From positions 17,670,001-17,734,000 of the forward strand of contig CM052820.1 in assembly GCA_028534125.1 (NCBI GenBank): a stretch of DNA of 64,000 nt, in the 5' to 3' direction. Under the pieces are notes generated by a model that saw only the letters and a program-made list of their open reading frames with translations, was not told the DNA's origin and ran no database searches. Shown here piece by piece: positions 48,423-61,949 of the stretch (its first letter is position 1; every line of letters begins with the position of its first letter). The stretch is from Lama glama. Its lineage: Eukaryota. A program made the position numbers and the translations under genes.

Positions 48423-49146
48423 ATACCCTTCGCCACGGTTTTGCTTTCTGTGGTTACCTGCAGTCAAGCATGGTCCAAAAATATTAAATGGCAAATTCCA
48501 GAAATATACAATTCACAAATTTTAAATTGCATGCATTCTGAGTAGGATGACAAAATTTTTCATCGTCTAGCTCCATCCTGCCCGGGACGTGAATCATCCC
48601 TTTGTTCAGCATATCCCTCCCGTTAATCACTTAGTAGCTGTCTGGGTTATCAGATCAACAGCCGTGATATCACAGTGCTATTGTTCCAGTCACCCTTATT
48701 TTACTTAATAATGGCCCCAAAGTGCAAGAGTAGTGACGCTGGTAATTCCAATATGCCAAAGAGAAGCTTTGAAGTGCTTGTTTTAAGTGAAAAGGTGAGA
48801 ATTCTCTACTCAATAAGAAAAGAAAAAAAATCGTATGTTGAGGGTGCTAAGATCTATGGTAAGAATGAATCTTCTATCTGTGAAATTATGAAGGAAAAAG
48901 AACTTTATGCTAGTTTTTGTGGTCACATCTTAAAGTGCAAAAATTATGGCCACAGTGTGTAATGAGTGCTTAGTTAAGATGGAAAAAGCAATAGATTTGA
49001 TATTTTAAATAAGATATTTTGAAAGAGAGAGACCACATTCACACAACTTTCACTACAGCATATTGTTACAAGTTTTCTATTTTATTATTAGTTATTGTTA
49101 ATCTCTTACTGTGCCTAGTTTATAAATTAAACTCTATCATAGGTAT
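48423..49146 (+). mobile_element. Tigger7/MER44-type Tc1-mariner (pogo/Tigger) deletion derivative retaining the transposase N-terminus
   Basis: ATG at 48711: MAPKCKSSDAGNSNMPKRSFEVLVLSEKVRILYSIRKEKKSYVEGAKIYGKNESSICEIMKEKE, a CENP-B-type HTH start, with MER44 flanking text. Confidence 0.85.
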
Positions 49147-52100
49147 TGATATTAAATAAAACAGGAAGCAACAAAATGCACAAAAGCATTAAGAGGATGG
49201 GAGACAGGGGAAAAGAGGAACAGTTCACTAGGAAGGAAGAGACAGATGAAACTTGTGAATGCTCACATACCCCTGAAACAGCATTTCCACAATGTGCTGA
49301 ATTGACGATGAATTAACTAGTTTATGGGGGTCTGGTTCTAGTCTCTACTTGTGCTGTGCTGACTTGTTTTCTCTGTGTTTTGGATACAGTTTGCAGTAAC
49401 AGCAACCTGTTAGTCTCTGGTAAAACCCAGTTCAAAGATATGTGAAGCCTGGACATGTGAGGTTGAATAAGCACATCCTAAAGCCATGAAATGTATTAAC
49501 ATTGTTGGGCAGTTATGGCAACGGAAAAACAGTGCTGATGAACGAGAATGCTTAAAGGGTGATGGCTTAATATAAGGAAAAAGCAGGCACTATGTAGGCT
49601 AAGAGGGCATACATTCCTTTATTCGATGAGCTTTGCAAATTCTAATTCTGCTCTGTTTACAACTGTCCTGTTCTCATGAAGCTTACCTTCAACAAATGTT
49701 TATTCAGCAACTATAAAATTATGCATAACTCAGTGCCTAGGAACTGTGAGAATAAAACAGAGAAATGACAGGACACCTGGCCTCGAGACTGCCTGGAAAG
49801 CACAGATTATGTCTGCAAATCAGCAAGTCCAGCGTGTAGACGACTACATTTGTGGGGAAAATGGAAGAAAGAGTTGGAGGAAAATAGGACTCAAATCAGT
49901 AGGTTCTTAAATGCCAAACATGTTAGAATTTGATTCTTTGAAAAGCAGGGACACACTGTTTTTGTTGTTGTTGTTTGTTTGTTTGTTTGTTTTTCTCTTT
50001 TTACTTTTAACTTGAAAAGAAAGCAATCAAAAGTGTTTCTGGCTATTTATTCACATATTTTTTGTCCTGTTGATATGATCTTTTTTTAGATAGTAGATGT
50101 TCAGTGAACAAAAACAATATCTATTTTAGTTGCCTGTTTAATGTCCAATGCAATGTGGTAGGCTATGCTTAATATTTAGTTAGTGTAAACACCAGATGTT
50201 ATTAGAAATTTATGAGTTCTTAGTATGGAAGGAATGAAGGACCCCCACCCCCATTGTTTTTAACATTTATTTAGCTAAATTACCAACTGCCTCACCAAGG
50301 AAAAATAAGAAACCTAGGCAACGGTGGCAAACAATTTGCCCAAGAAGACCACTTTTAAATCCCACTGACGTTATCAGGTACTAGGGAGTGTAGACAGTCT
50401 ATAAGTGGTATGTTCTGTATTTCGTTGATTCAGCATTTTTTTAATGTTATGTCTCTAAGTAGACTCCAGGAAACTAACATACATTTAAATTATCTAAGGT
50501 TCTGGCTAAACATGATCAATCTTATTCCCCTCTTTCATTGTCCTTTATATCCTCTGTGGGGTCTCCTAGCCCTGAGTGACTGGTTATAATGGACAGGATG
50601 AGGGCTGCCACCCCAGGCACCGTGTTGTATGGGCATCTGAAGAAAGGACGGGGAAACCTGCCACAGAGTTAAAGGGATGGAGGGATGATGGTGACTACGG
50701 TAAAGCCTGCCTTTGCTCCTCCAGCAATTTCAAGAGAGAAAACAAGAGTTTTTGTAGTTTCCAGAAATAGGACCGACTGCCAGCTTCTTTGCATCCCCCG
50801 TCTTAGCCAAGCGGTGGGAGAACAGGCAGGCACACGCAGGCGGACTACTTTCCTGCTTGTGACAGCTCCAGATTACAAACGTGCAGAACAAGATTACAGC
50901 GCAGCGTGCCCAGGCCCCGGGAGCCGAGTAGGGAGAGCTGGGGTGAGGTGAAGGAAAATCACAAAATCGAGTAAAACAGAGGAGATGATGGGAAGAGGAA
51001 GTGGGTGGTAGCTATGGCAGGAAGGTGGTATGAGGAGGCTGAGTGGGAGAAAGGATGAGGGCATGAGACGGAAAGCCTTGCGCTGCCTGGGGTGTGCCTG
51101 AGAGAGGTGTGGGTGTGTTTGCAGAGGAAGTTGTGGGGGCTGTGTGTGCACAGAATGTATGTTGGGGAGCGGTTTTATGATGTAGGAGTGGGAGGGTGTG
51201 TGCAGTAGGGCGTGGAGAGCGGGGGTGGAGAGAAAAAAAGAGTGTGGAGGGAGGGAAGACTTTCATGGAGCGGCAGGAACACCCATTTCACATAGGAAAA
51301 TTGCCAGCTGCCAGAGGGTCAAATTGCCTTTGTGGGAACGGATCAGCTCCCCCACAGTGGATTCTGGCCACAGATCCTCCCCCAGGATATTTGCCAGATT
51401 TTTGACCCAAAAAGGGAGGGACACAGTTTCAGGATTTTAACCACACCCTGATCCATGATCTTTCCCAGGGACTGATGTTTTTGCTTACGTATTATCATAC
51501 TGTTGGTCACAGGGCAGCATTTCCTGGCAGACAGTCCAGTGAATAGAACTGTAAATTGGAAAGAAATGCTCGTTTCTAGTCTTGGTTTCTTCATGCGCTT
51601 TTTGATAGCCTTTGGAATCCTGCTAAAATATTTGTGTCTTGGTTCCCAATTTTCCTAGTCACAAGAATATATCAACCAGCTAAGGGAAATATGATATAAA
51701 CTTAAAAAGTGCAATGAATAAATAATTATAAAGACAACTGGATAACAAATTTGAATCCAGTATGAGAAAGAACGTCTACTAATTAGAATTGTTCAAAACT
51801 AGAAGGAGGTATGGGTCATGTCATTAGAAATGTCCAAATGAGGAAGATGATCTGTTGCTGGGCATTTAGGTGGAATTCCAGCAGCAATGGAGAGGTGTAC
51901 TCAAGACACCCTGAAGAGTTATGCAAAAACTCTTGAGATGTTATGATTCTAGAACCATATAGTGCTTTAAGCAATACAGAATTATTTCAAAAATATTAAA
52001 GTGTCTTAGATATGAAATGATCAAGATATGAAATGATCAACTAACAGAGAATGTCTCTGTGTGATCAGCACTATTATTGGATAGGCTGTATGTACAGGAT

Positions 52101-52573
52101 ATAAATGTAGACAGAAGTGGAGCCCAAGACCTCCACAGTGGTCCGAAAACAAGCTGAATGTAGAGAAGAAGGCTATGCTATGTATCAGGGAGAAATATTC
52201 AATAAAAATAAGCTTATCAGTCACTCTTGAAGAGCCTCCATTTCTACGAGCCATCCAGTCTACTTTTGTGTAGAACTGAAAGAACACTAGAAGTTTTCTT
52301 TTCAATGATAAAAACTTTCAGATGTTTTTACAAGGTTTGTTTGAGAGATGGTCCAGAAGTCCTTAGAGCTTCCTTCACTTTTCAAGTACTGTTGATAAGT
52401 CACTCACCTATCAAAATGCAGATTCTGATTTAGCAGGTCTGGATTGGGCCTAAGAGTCTATATTTCAAAGAGATGCTGATGATGCTTGCCCACAGACCAC
52501 TCCAAGAAGCAAGGCTGGAGGTGAAAGCATTTAGGGGAATGCTAGGTACTCACCTATTTTCCTAGGCAAGAGC

Positions 52574-52673
52574 NNNNNNNNNNNNNNNNNNNNNNNNNNN
52601 NNNNNNNNNNNNNNNNNNNNNNNNNNNNNNNNNNNNNNNNNNNNNNNNNNNNNNNNNNNNNNNNNNNNNNNNN
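52574..52673. other. Assembly gap (100 N)
   Basis: N run. Confidence 1.
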
Positions 52674-55600
52674 TCCCCACTTACCTGCTTGTCTTTTCCC
52701 TTCTTAGAACATGCCTTTCCCTGAGAGGCTACTTTGGCCTCAACTAATTATCTTAATCTCCTCTAAGGAAACAGATGGTAAAGAATTTAAGATGTGACCT
52801 TTCCCAGGGAACTCTTTAAGACTCCAGATTTTCAAGACACAAAAGGATGAAGCTCTTTTAGAAAAAGGTCAGACCCTGTGACAAACAGAAGAGAATATCT
52901 TAATAGGTGGGCTTGTTTAAATGGCCTTTTCATTCCTCCACAGACTGACCTTACCCGGAATAAAAGGACTGGGGAGAAGTAGCTGTGCTGGGAAGAGTCT
53001 CAAGAAGGGTCTCAGTCTTCCTTTGACTCATCAGGATTGACAAGGTCATAGAGTGAAAGGCTTGGTCCAAAGGACAGACATTTGAGCACAAGAATTAGCT
53101 AAGATTGTTAGCCTTTCTCTGAATGCTTACTTATTTATTTTGCATCAATGAATCAGACATAATTAGATTCCACCCTGTTTCTCACCTCGAATAGACAGTA
53201 ACTAATGTGGTACCATGTATTTTTAACTGTATTAGAAATGTAGCAATTCTTTGTTTCAGCCATCCACAACTTAGCTTCCCAGCAGTACTGTCCATCTGGA
53301 ACACAACTACAAACCAAGAATTATGCAAAAATTTCCCTGAGCAGGCAAAATAGATGTTATTAAATCATATGCTCAAACTCATATTAGTTAAAGGTCTTAC
53401 AAGTTATATACTTGACGTCTCCCACTTCATGTCAGTAACCCCTTACTGCAAATCAGATGTTCTACCTGAAAAAAGCTGACTGGATACCTGTTTCCCATTA
53501 TTTCAAGTGGGAAAAATTATGTGTCACACATCAGCCCTAAACCACCAACACATTTCTGAAAAGGTAACAAAACCATAATAAAATGTGTATATGTAAGTAA
53601 CAAACAACATACTATGATGTAAAATGACTGAAAAAGGCTTACTGGTCATGAAAGGACTGACAGGGAAGTTAATTCTGCCCTGAGTGCTTCGATGTCTCTC
53701 TTAGTACCAGCGACACGGAAATTTACCTTTATTGATGACGTGCGCTTTTTAAAGTATGTGCACATGATTCTGCCTTTCTATCGGTTACTTTCCCCACATG
53801 CTGCTTTTTAAAAATGTCCTATTGAGTTTTGACTATGTAAATATGTATTTTCCCCATAAAAATATCAGCCCCAAATGATATATTGAGAGAGATATCTGTT
53901 CCATGAAGTTGGGTGTCAAAAACCAAGAGTTGTCCTATGAGAAGAATGGAAAGTGGGAAGATGTTTGTGGCCTGTGTCTGGTGGAGTGCTGGAGCCCACT
54001 TACATTAGTTCACAAGAGCCACGGGTTAAATTTTCAGGAATTTAGCAAGCTGGTTGGTGTCACATTGATAACTTGAAATCAGCCATGGTGGAATGTGGCT
54101 GGAAAGTGACTTGTGCTGTTTCTCAATCCAAGCATAGAAGAACTAGTCACTCTATTTTCAGCAAGCTTATTTTTTAATGGACTCTTTTTTTCACGGATGT
54201 AGGCAACGATGTCATGAATGATGCTCGGCCAAGTGTGATTGTCATAGAGTGTGTGTCCTGATTTAAGAAATGTTGAAATAAAAAAATTAAAATGAATAAA
54301 ATAAGTGTGCTTTAGAATCTATTAAATATCACATTTACCTAAGGGTGAGATTGCACTGAAACTCAGCCTTAAAGATTTTTGAAAACTTGATGGACAGGAG
54401 GGAGAAAATCCTCATGATTTAAAAGCTATAGACAGTTTTTCCCTCCCTAGAGATGGCAGTTAGAATTCACTTTCAGGGCAGATTGTTCTCTTATTTTGGG
54501 GAAATCATCAGAATAAGTCATTTAGATGTCCAAACCTAAGCAAAGGCCTTGTTCAGAGTTGGTGATTTTCAATCAGGGTGACTCTGAGCTGCTAAACACC
54601 TTTGTAATATAACTCAACAGCAAATGCCCATAATCTGCAGAACGGCATCTCTGCACATTGTATTTCCCTTAGATAAATATTTATTATCTTCAAAGAGTGA
54701 ATTTAGACTATATTGTGCCTGAAAAGTATCACTTGTTCATTGGGAGATTTGCACGCACTCTTGTTCAGAAGTAAAATCTGGAAAGATTGCATAAAGGATG
54801 AGCAGGCAAGATCTGTGTCTCACACCAGTGGACAGAGCACCCAGGGGAACAGAACAGCACTAGGTAGGGCTCAGCTGGGCCGAGACTACCAGTGTCTGTG
54901 AGCTACGTAAGGTCAACGAATCTAGAATGTATCGATGTTGCACTGTTGGGTTTTGATGCATTATCCTATTAGCAACTGTGGGACAGGCTCATGATTCTGT
55001 TGGTCTACCATCTTAGGAAAAGCAGTAAGATGCTGGCACCAATGAAAGATGATTGGGGAAGTGGGCCTTGAACTGGAGGGAGGGAGCATCTCTTTCCCAT
55101 CTCTGGAGCCTGGCAGCAGGCTTGTGCTTGAAGTTGTGGATACCTTTGACCTGCCTCTGGGGCTGGACTGAGCGGGACAGGGGTGGGAATTAAAGAGTCA
55201 TATATTTGTGCAGGACTCAGAATGGGTCTGAGCCTCACAGGGTTCAGGCGTAAGCTCATCCGGTACAAATCCAGCAGTGGTACTACCGTGTACTTCTCTT
55301 CTGTTATTCCCCAGCTTTCAGCTAAGCTTGTTTAAAGCACAGCCTGGTCTCTGAGGGCTGGAGTTTCACAGCTGAGACGACATGACACAGAGGAGTAGGG
55401 CGCTTTCCTCTGAAGTCAAAGAGGTGGGAGCAGCCTATTAGGAGTGAACGGTCTTTCCTGCAAACCCACTCACAGTAGTGAAAACAGAAGCCTGAAGAAC
55501 AGGACGGAAGATCAAAATTCTTATTTAAAGCAAGCACAAGTAATGAAAGAAACAAAAGGAACACACCACAGAAACCCCGTGGGACCAGGTGACGGTCAAA

Positions 55601-56033
55601 TAGTGCCACACAGCTCCAGCTGATGCCCTGGGGCCTGAGATGCCACTCTCTCACAGCCTAGTACAAAGATGCATGTTTGTCATGACAATTGCAGGTCTCA
55701 AGAAGAGGCTGTTTGGCAAACTCAGTTTAAGATCACGTAACAGTTCAACCCTCCACTGAGGAAGATTTTTACACAATTTGTTGATGTAAAAAAAATCCTT
55801 ATGGTATAGAAGTGTAGCCATCAGTTATTTGGAGAACTTGGGTTCTGTGGATGTTGACTTCCGTGGGAAACCTAGATAGCCAGAGATTTGCCTGTTCAAT
55901 TCATGGCACTGGCACTACAGGACTTCTGAAGACAAACATGGTGTTTTCCCTGAAAGCACTTGGAGACGTTCCCTGTGTGTTGCTAACAATGCTCTTGCAG
56001 CTCATATGAATCTAACAAGCATGAATTTATCTA

Positions 56034-56165
56034 NNNNNNNNNNNNNNNNNNNNNNNNNNNNNNNNNNNNNNNNNNNNNNNNNNNNNNNNNNNNNNNNNNN
56101 NNNNNNNNNNNNNNNNNNNNNNNNNNNNNNNNNNNNNNNNNNNNNNNNNNNNNNNNNNNNNNNNN
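56034..56165. other. Assembly gap (132 N)
   Basis: N run. Confidence 1.
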
Positions 56166-57814
56166 AATGGGTGCCCTTCAGTTTTAGCATTCCAGGATTT
56201 GGGTAGCTAGCACAGACAGGGCTTTACGGAGATAAGAAAAAAGCACTCCCTCTGGGCACTCAGTTTAGGAACGGGTGCCCCCTCTTTGGGGCAGGTGCAG
56301 CCTTGGGCCAGGTGCACGGCTCAGCGAGCAGCACGGCTAGGTTTCAGTCCCAGCTCGGTCCCCTCCCAGGTCCCTCCCCCTCACCATGCCCCTGCCCCAT
56401 GCCCTTGCTGGGTACCACTGGTATAATGCTATACAGCACCCCTGGGCTTCACCACGCATGTCCTTTGGAGATTTTACATATTTTGATAACATCTTTTCTC
56501 AACTATCATCTTTCTAAAGGATCTTAGTCTTCCTGTTAATTTTTAATTTAGAGTCTATTGATCCTTCTCTGCCTTTGTTGGAATGTGGGGATGGGGCAGC
56601 TATAAAACAGAGGGCAGAGGAACAAGTCAATGACAGATTCTATTTCCAGGGTTTCTAATGATTCAGGTAATTCAGAGATGACAGTCTTATAATCACAGTT
56701 TAGGTTAATTTGCCCCAGACTCACTGTCTGCTTGTTGCCCATGCAGAGAGTTATTGGATACTTTTCTATCCATTTTCTAAGCCTGACGAGCTCTCTTTTC
56801 ATTTTATCTTCATCAGCTCAGAACTGTATCGCCTGTACCTGCCCCTGTCCAGACTTCACTATTTCCTTTCTCAAAATATGTTCAAATCCTAGATAATACA
56901 AGAATTATCATCATACAACTTTAAGAAAAATACTGAAGATCATGAGTTTATTCCCCCTTAAAAAAATCTTTTTAAACCTCTTTCCTTTCTAGATACACTC
57001 ACCTAGCTCAGCGCCTGACACTTGGTTGCTACTCAGTGAAAGTTTCCCCTGACAGTCAGTTTTGTTTTGGTTCCGCTTACTATAGAGAAGCAGCCTCTGC
57101 TGTAACCATCTGCAAGGCCCTCATTCTCCTTGTTCTGCTCAGTGAACACTGGAATTTTAGTGATGTTTGGGTTATGTTAGATCCTTCTAGCAGTTAGTCA
57201 TCCAGTGAAATTCAATTGTTCAACTTTCTTTCATCCCAGATCTTTGTCTCCACATTTAAAATATATGAAGTATTTCTGAAGCTAAAATTTCAATTTCAAT
57301 AATATCTATAGATGAAATACTTACATATTTTTCTTCTTTCTACTATAGTAGAGATTTTCTGGGGGAGAAATGTTCTATACCAACGTGAACCATTAGAGAT
57401 TTTTATCCTAAGCATGTTCTCTTCAATGAAGACTTCTGCTATTTTCAAACTGTTGAGTTAAAAATTTTTATAAAACTTTAAACACATAAAAATAGAGTGA
57501 ATAGTTTAAAAATACCAGATATCCACCATCCTGCTTCAACAATTTTTAATAGTTCTTAAAAAATATATATATATATATATGCCTTGACTTCTGTTGTCAC
57601 TTCTATGCCTGAAATTCTCAGATTCTTCCTCCTCTTGTGGGCATTTTTATTTTAACCTCTTGCGGAAAGTTGAAAATTTATTTATGTAATCATAAGCGCC
57701 CCATACCTCCAGGTGTATTACCCACAGAATGACATGAGCTGTAGACTCAATTCCCAGTCACTGGGTGTTTGAGTGTCACTCCCATATTGTTGTTGCTGGT
57801 TATTCCCCTTTGCT

Positions 57815-58255
57815 AATGGAGACAATTCTCCAAGGGTTTCTTATATTTCTGTACACCTGTGAGCAAAGCACTGACTTGCCCTTTGTTCCTTTCAAAGGAT
57901 GTTTGTATAGCGAAGAGCCTTGAAAGTGAGAGGTGGTGTCTCTCACTGGAACAAAGAGCAGACATACTTATCGGCCATTATAAAAAGATTCCGGTTCCCT
58001 GAGCTTGGGGTTCTTCTGTAACACAACCTGCTGCGTGCGCAGATGTCACCTGATCCTTTTCTCTTCACCCCGTGGGAATTGGGACTTAGGGAACTGATGC
58101 AAAAATGCTGCTGCTTTGGGTGTTGCTAGTGCTGTAATAAACCTCATCTCTGACCTATGAATCTCGGGCTTTCTACTAGCACCTACGACACTAAAGCAGG
58201 CTAACTTTTTGGTTTGCAAGTAGAGTAAACATCAGACCCTTCACAGTTCTTGACA
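57815..58255 (+). mobile_element. 5' LTR of an ERVL provirus (MER76/MER74-like)
   Basis: gagacaattctcc start, TATA ccattataaaaagattccggttccctgagc, AATAAA at 58136-58141, end cagacccttcacagttcttgaca. Confidence 0.8.
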
Positions 58256-61200
58256 GTTTTGCCAGTGACAGTGGGATGCTGACAAAGACTTGGCTTTCTA
58301 GAAGAGGAAGGAATGCTTCCCAGGCCAATTAACAGGATTTGAGGAAAGGCTATGAAAATCGGTAGTGAATTGACCCAATGTTATGGGCAATTGGGAAATA
58401 AAATTGTGTTTGTCTGTTTGTTTTTAACTTTATTGCCTGCTAAAGAGATGGAATTGGGAGGGTGGCTGCAGGCTGAGTTACCAGGAAGTAGTTTCAGAGT
58501 TAGCTGCCTGACCAGTGCCCTGCTTGTTGCTAGCTCTCCTCTGGGTGGGGGAACTTCCTCATCAACTGAAGGGTCAACTCTGCCCCACTGTAACAGCCGG
58601 TAGGTACTGAAATTCATCCCAGGTGGGAAGAAGGTTCCACCTTCATTCAGACAAGTTATAGAGACCCACGTCCACACTGAGCATGAAAGGAAGGAAAATT
58701 TGCCCATTATAGGCACAAGCCAGACAGATCATTAGCACTTTGGCTGGTTTGCTCGGGAGATGAAGGCGTGAGGTGTGTAATGCGCCTCAAAGAAGAATGG
58801 CAACAGCTGGGCTTTCTTATAGCTCAGCTCCTCCTGCTAACTTTAGATCCATTTGGAGATGACAGTAAAAGGTCTCAGACTTTTTTTGCAGTGGATCCTG
58901 GCTTCCAAAAGGGAGCATTGGCCTTCAAGGGGAGATTTTTCTGAGACAGAAAAGCTCCTGTGGGAAACCACAGATGCAGTGTTGACTAGGATCCAGGCTC
59001 CTACTCCCCTGGATTGGATTTACAATGTTGATGAATGAGGATGAGAAAATGATGCCCCTCTACCCTCTCTGACTGGCCTCAGCCACATTAAGGAGAAATG
59101 ACTAGAGGTGGGGGTCGATATTTCCCTGTCTCTAAGGAGGATCAATCCCATACACAGCCACCTGTAAGCCGGGGAATCGCAGAGTGAATCAAACTTTTAT
59201 AGCTCTGTTGGATACAGGAGCCCAAGACATTGTCTTCCTGGACATGTGCAAGAAAAAGGCATGCAGACTCAGCTAACGGGGTTTGGGCAGGGTCCACAGA
59301 AGCTAGCCTGACTTTGAGTGGGGCCCTTTGAGCCAATTCAATGTACAGCTGTTGCTGCTTCTACATCTTAAAGTCAATTAAGAATTGGTGCTTGTACTTT
59401 TTATAAATGCCAGAGAAGATTATCTTCAACTGAGAAGAGCTGCGTGGAGAGAATGCTAATGGGACACAGACATTTTCAGTGGTGCCTAGGGAATTCTGGT
59501 ACCCCTGGAGGAGCACTGAACACACATGGAGGCCTTGCCATGCAAATGAGACTGATCTTGATCTTCAAGTGCTAGTAGTATGGTGTCATTAGCCTGTAAA
59601 GTGCCATCAATCTGTAACATGGATTCAGTTACAGTTACAACATCTGGCACAGCTGATGCTATGGGTGCAACAACCGAATTCGGTTGCCAGTATGTGTTTC
59701 AGCATTTAGTGAGTGCCTCTACCCTCTGATGTCCAAAGCTTGCATCATATAGATGATGTCTTGTCAACTGGCAAGTCAGAAGCCTCAGTTCAGCTACTCT
59801 TAATGCAGTACATCATACCTCTGTTAACAGAGGTGGCTGGTAAACCTTGACAAAATTCAGGAGTCTGCCGACCAAGTGAAATTTCCTGGTACTATGTGGG
59901 TAGACCCACAACACAATTTCTCCCGCAGTGAAGGAAAAATTGCTGTCCCTTTGCCCTTCTACCATCAAAAAAGAGGCCCACGGTAGACAGTTTGAGTATT
60001 GAAGGCAGTCTGTGCCTCACTTGGGGATTCTATTTGCTTCTTTCTATGGGCTAACTTGCAAATCATCATCCTTTGAATGGGACCCAAACCAACAGGCTGT
60101 CTGGAAGGTTATACCACACTCTCTAATTTGGGGACCCAAAACTCTCATGACCACTCTGAATTACAAATCTCTGTGACTGAGGATTTTGTTGATTGGAGCC
60201 TCGAGCAAAGGGAGGCAGTCTGCACTCAGGGATGCTCCCTTGGGGTTTTGGATTCATCACTTCCCTGATGCAACTACCAGAAACACTCTTTTTGAAAAGT
60301 AGCTATGAGCTTGCTACTGTGCTCTTATCAAAACTGAATGCCTGACCTATGGAAACCTTGTGACTCTCTGACGTAATATTCCTATTTTTGGGTGAGTCAA
60401 CTCAGATTCAATGGCTAACAAAGGGGGACAGTCCCAAGATGCTTCACTTGTCAAACGAAAATGGCATATTCAAGAACACAATCAGTTTGGCCTCAGCAGC
60501 ACCTAGGCTCTACGTGTAAACGTGGTACCTACTCCTTTAGGGGAAACTCTATGCCCCATTATGTCAACTGAAACAAACTCACTGGCTCTACCGGGCCCTC
60601 AGTTTGCAGCTGTTTCTCTAACTGCCTGGGCCTGATTATTCCATTAAGCTGAAACCTGGTGCTATTCACTGGGCTGCTATGGCTGTTCAACTTCAGTGCC
60701 AGTGATGAAAAAACAAAAATGAATGAAGTTTGTCCACTCAGTGGGCAGAATCCAAGGCTGTCCTCATAGCTCTGGACAACACTGTCCTTGAAGAACCTTG
60801 TTACATTTTTTACTGACTCTTGGGCTGTTGCCAGTGGTCTAGTATTTGATCTTTTTCTTAGAACTAAAGATTGCCAGATTGGAGACACTCTCTTGGGGGC
60901 TGTAAACGGTGGCAATAAATTGTGGCTGCTGACAGAACTGTCCGGATCAAGCCCAGGCTAAGAATTTGTTCTCTGATGAGACTGACTTGACTTAAGCTGC
61001 TGATTAAGCTATTACCACCCAGGTCTCCACCATCCCTGCCTGGATCGTGGCAGTACTGGATGTGGAAACACATACTATGGGAACATCACAGTCCAGACAC
61101 AAAGTCAAGGCCTCTATGTTTCTGATGCAGAGGCTACTGCTTCATGCCAGACTTAGAACTCCTGCCAAAAGTTGACCCATCTGTCTCATATAAGGGAGGG

Positions 61201-61700
61201 CACATCGGGTGGGGCATCGACCCCATCCATCCCGGCAGAAGAACTGCATTTGACCTTTGATACCCTCTCAGGGCTGTCCATGGGCCTCAGTGCCATTGAT
61301 ACTTTTTCAGGTTAGAGGATTTCTCTTCCAGTCTGATCAGCCAACTCTGGCAACACTATTGTGGCCCCTGAAACTAATGCAGGTCAAGTTCTTGGCAGTG
61401 TGGGCCATCTGCAGTCAGACAGCAGTGCGCCTTTTATGACAAACCACTCAATGGGCTGACGGTCAAGGGGTTTGCTGAAACTCCTGTGCTCCCTGCCGCC
61501 CATGGGCACCTGGAATTGCCGAGCACTGGAACGGCCTCCTTAATAACTGACTCAATAATATTTCTGACTCTGCCTTCCTCACCTCCTCCGGGTCCACACC
61601 CCTTAGTAAGATAATTAGATCGTTGAATGCAAATCTCCCCAGAAGGGGGTCCTTTTCTCTCAGCTGCTGCCTGGGTAATGATTAGGAAGAAAGGGGTAGG
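58256..61700 (+). pseudogene. Decayed ERVL internal region (gag-RT-RNaseH-integrase remnants)
   Basis: RT motif HIDDVL (YxDD equivalent) at 59746-59763, RNase H tract QWAESKAVLIALDN.. from 60739 followed by a frameshifted TDSWAVASGL, integrase-core tracts at 61280-61550, and purine tract aggaagaaaggggtagg at 61684-61700. Confidence 0.85.
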
Positions 61701-61949
61701 AAGTTTTACAGCCCTGATTATAAAATTTAGGACTCAACGCTGACCGTTCCCAGGTGAGATGCTTTTACTTTTCTCCTAATCGCAACCCCAGGCCAGCCTG
61801 GTGTGGTTCACCTACTATTGCTGTGAATAATAAACTGTCTTTTGTCTCTGGTTTCTTCTTATTTTCTTATTTCCCCTACCAGAATACATGAAGCGATGGC
61901 AGGGTAACTTGTCAGCTTGCACCTAGGAGTACAACATCAGACTCTTGAC
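61701..61949 (+). mobile_element. Internally deleted 3' LTR of the same ERVL family
   Basis: aataaactgtcttttgtctctg and gcagggtaacttgtcagcttgcacctaggagtacaacatcagactcttgac parallel the 3' part of the LTR at 57815-58255. Confidence 0.6.

Noticed and set aside
52008-52039. 16-bp tandem duplication agatatgaaatgatca x2
   Set aside because: Isolated slippage duplication in intergenic DNA with no contextual signal.
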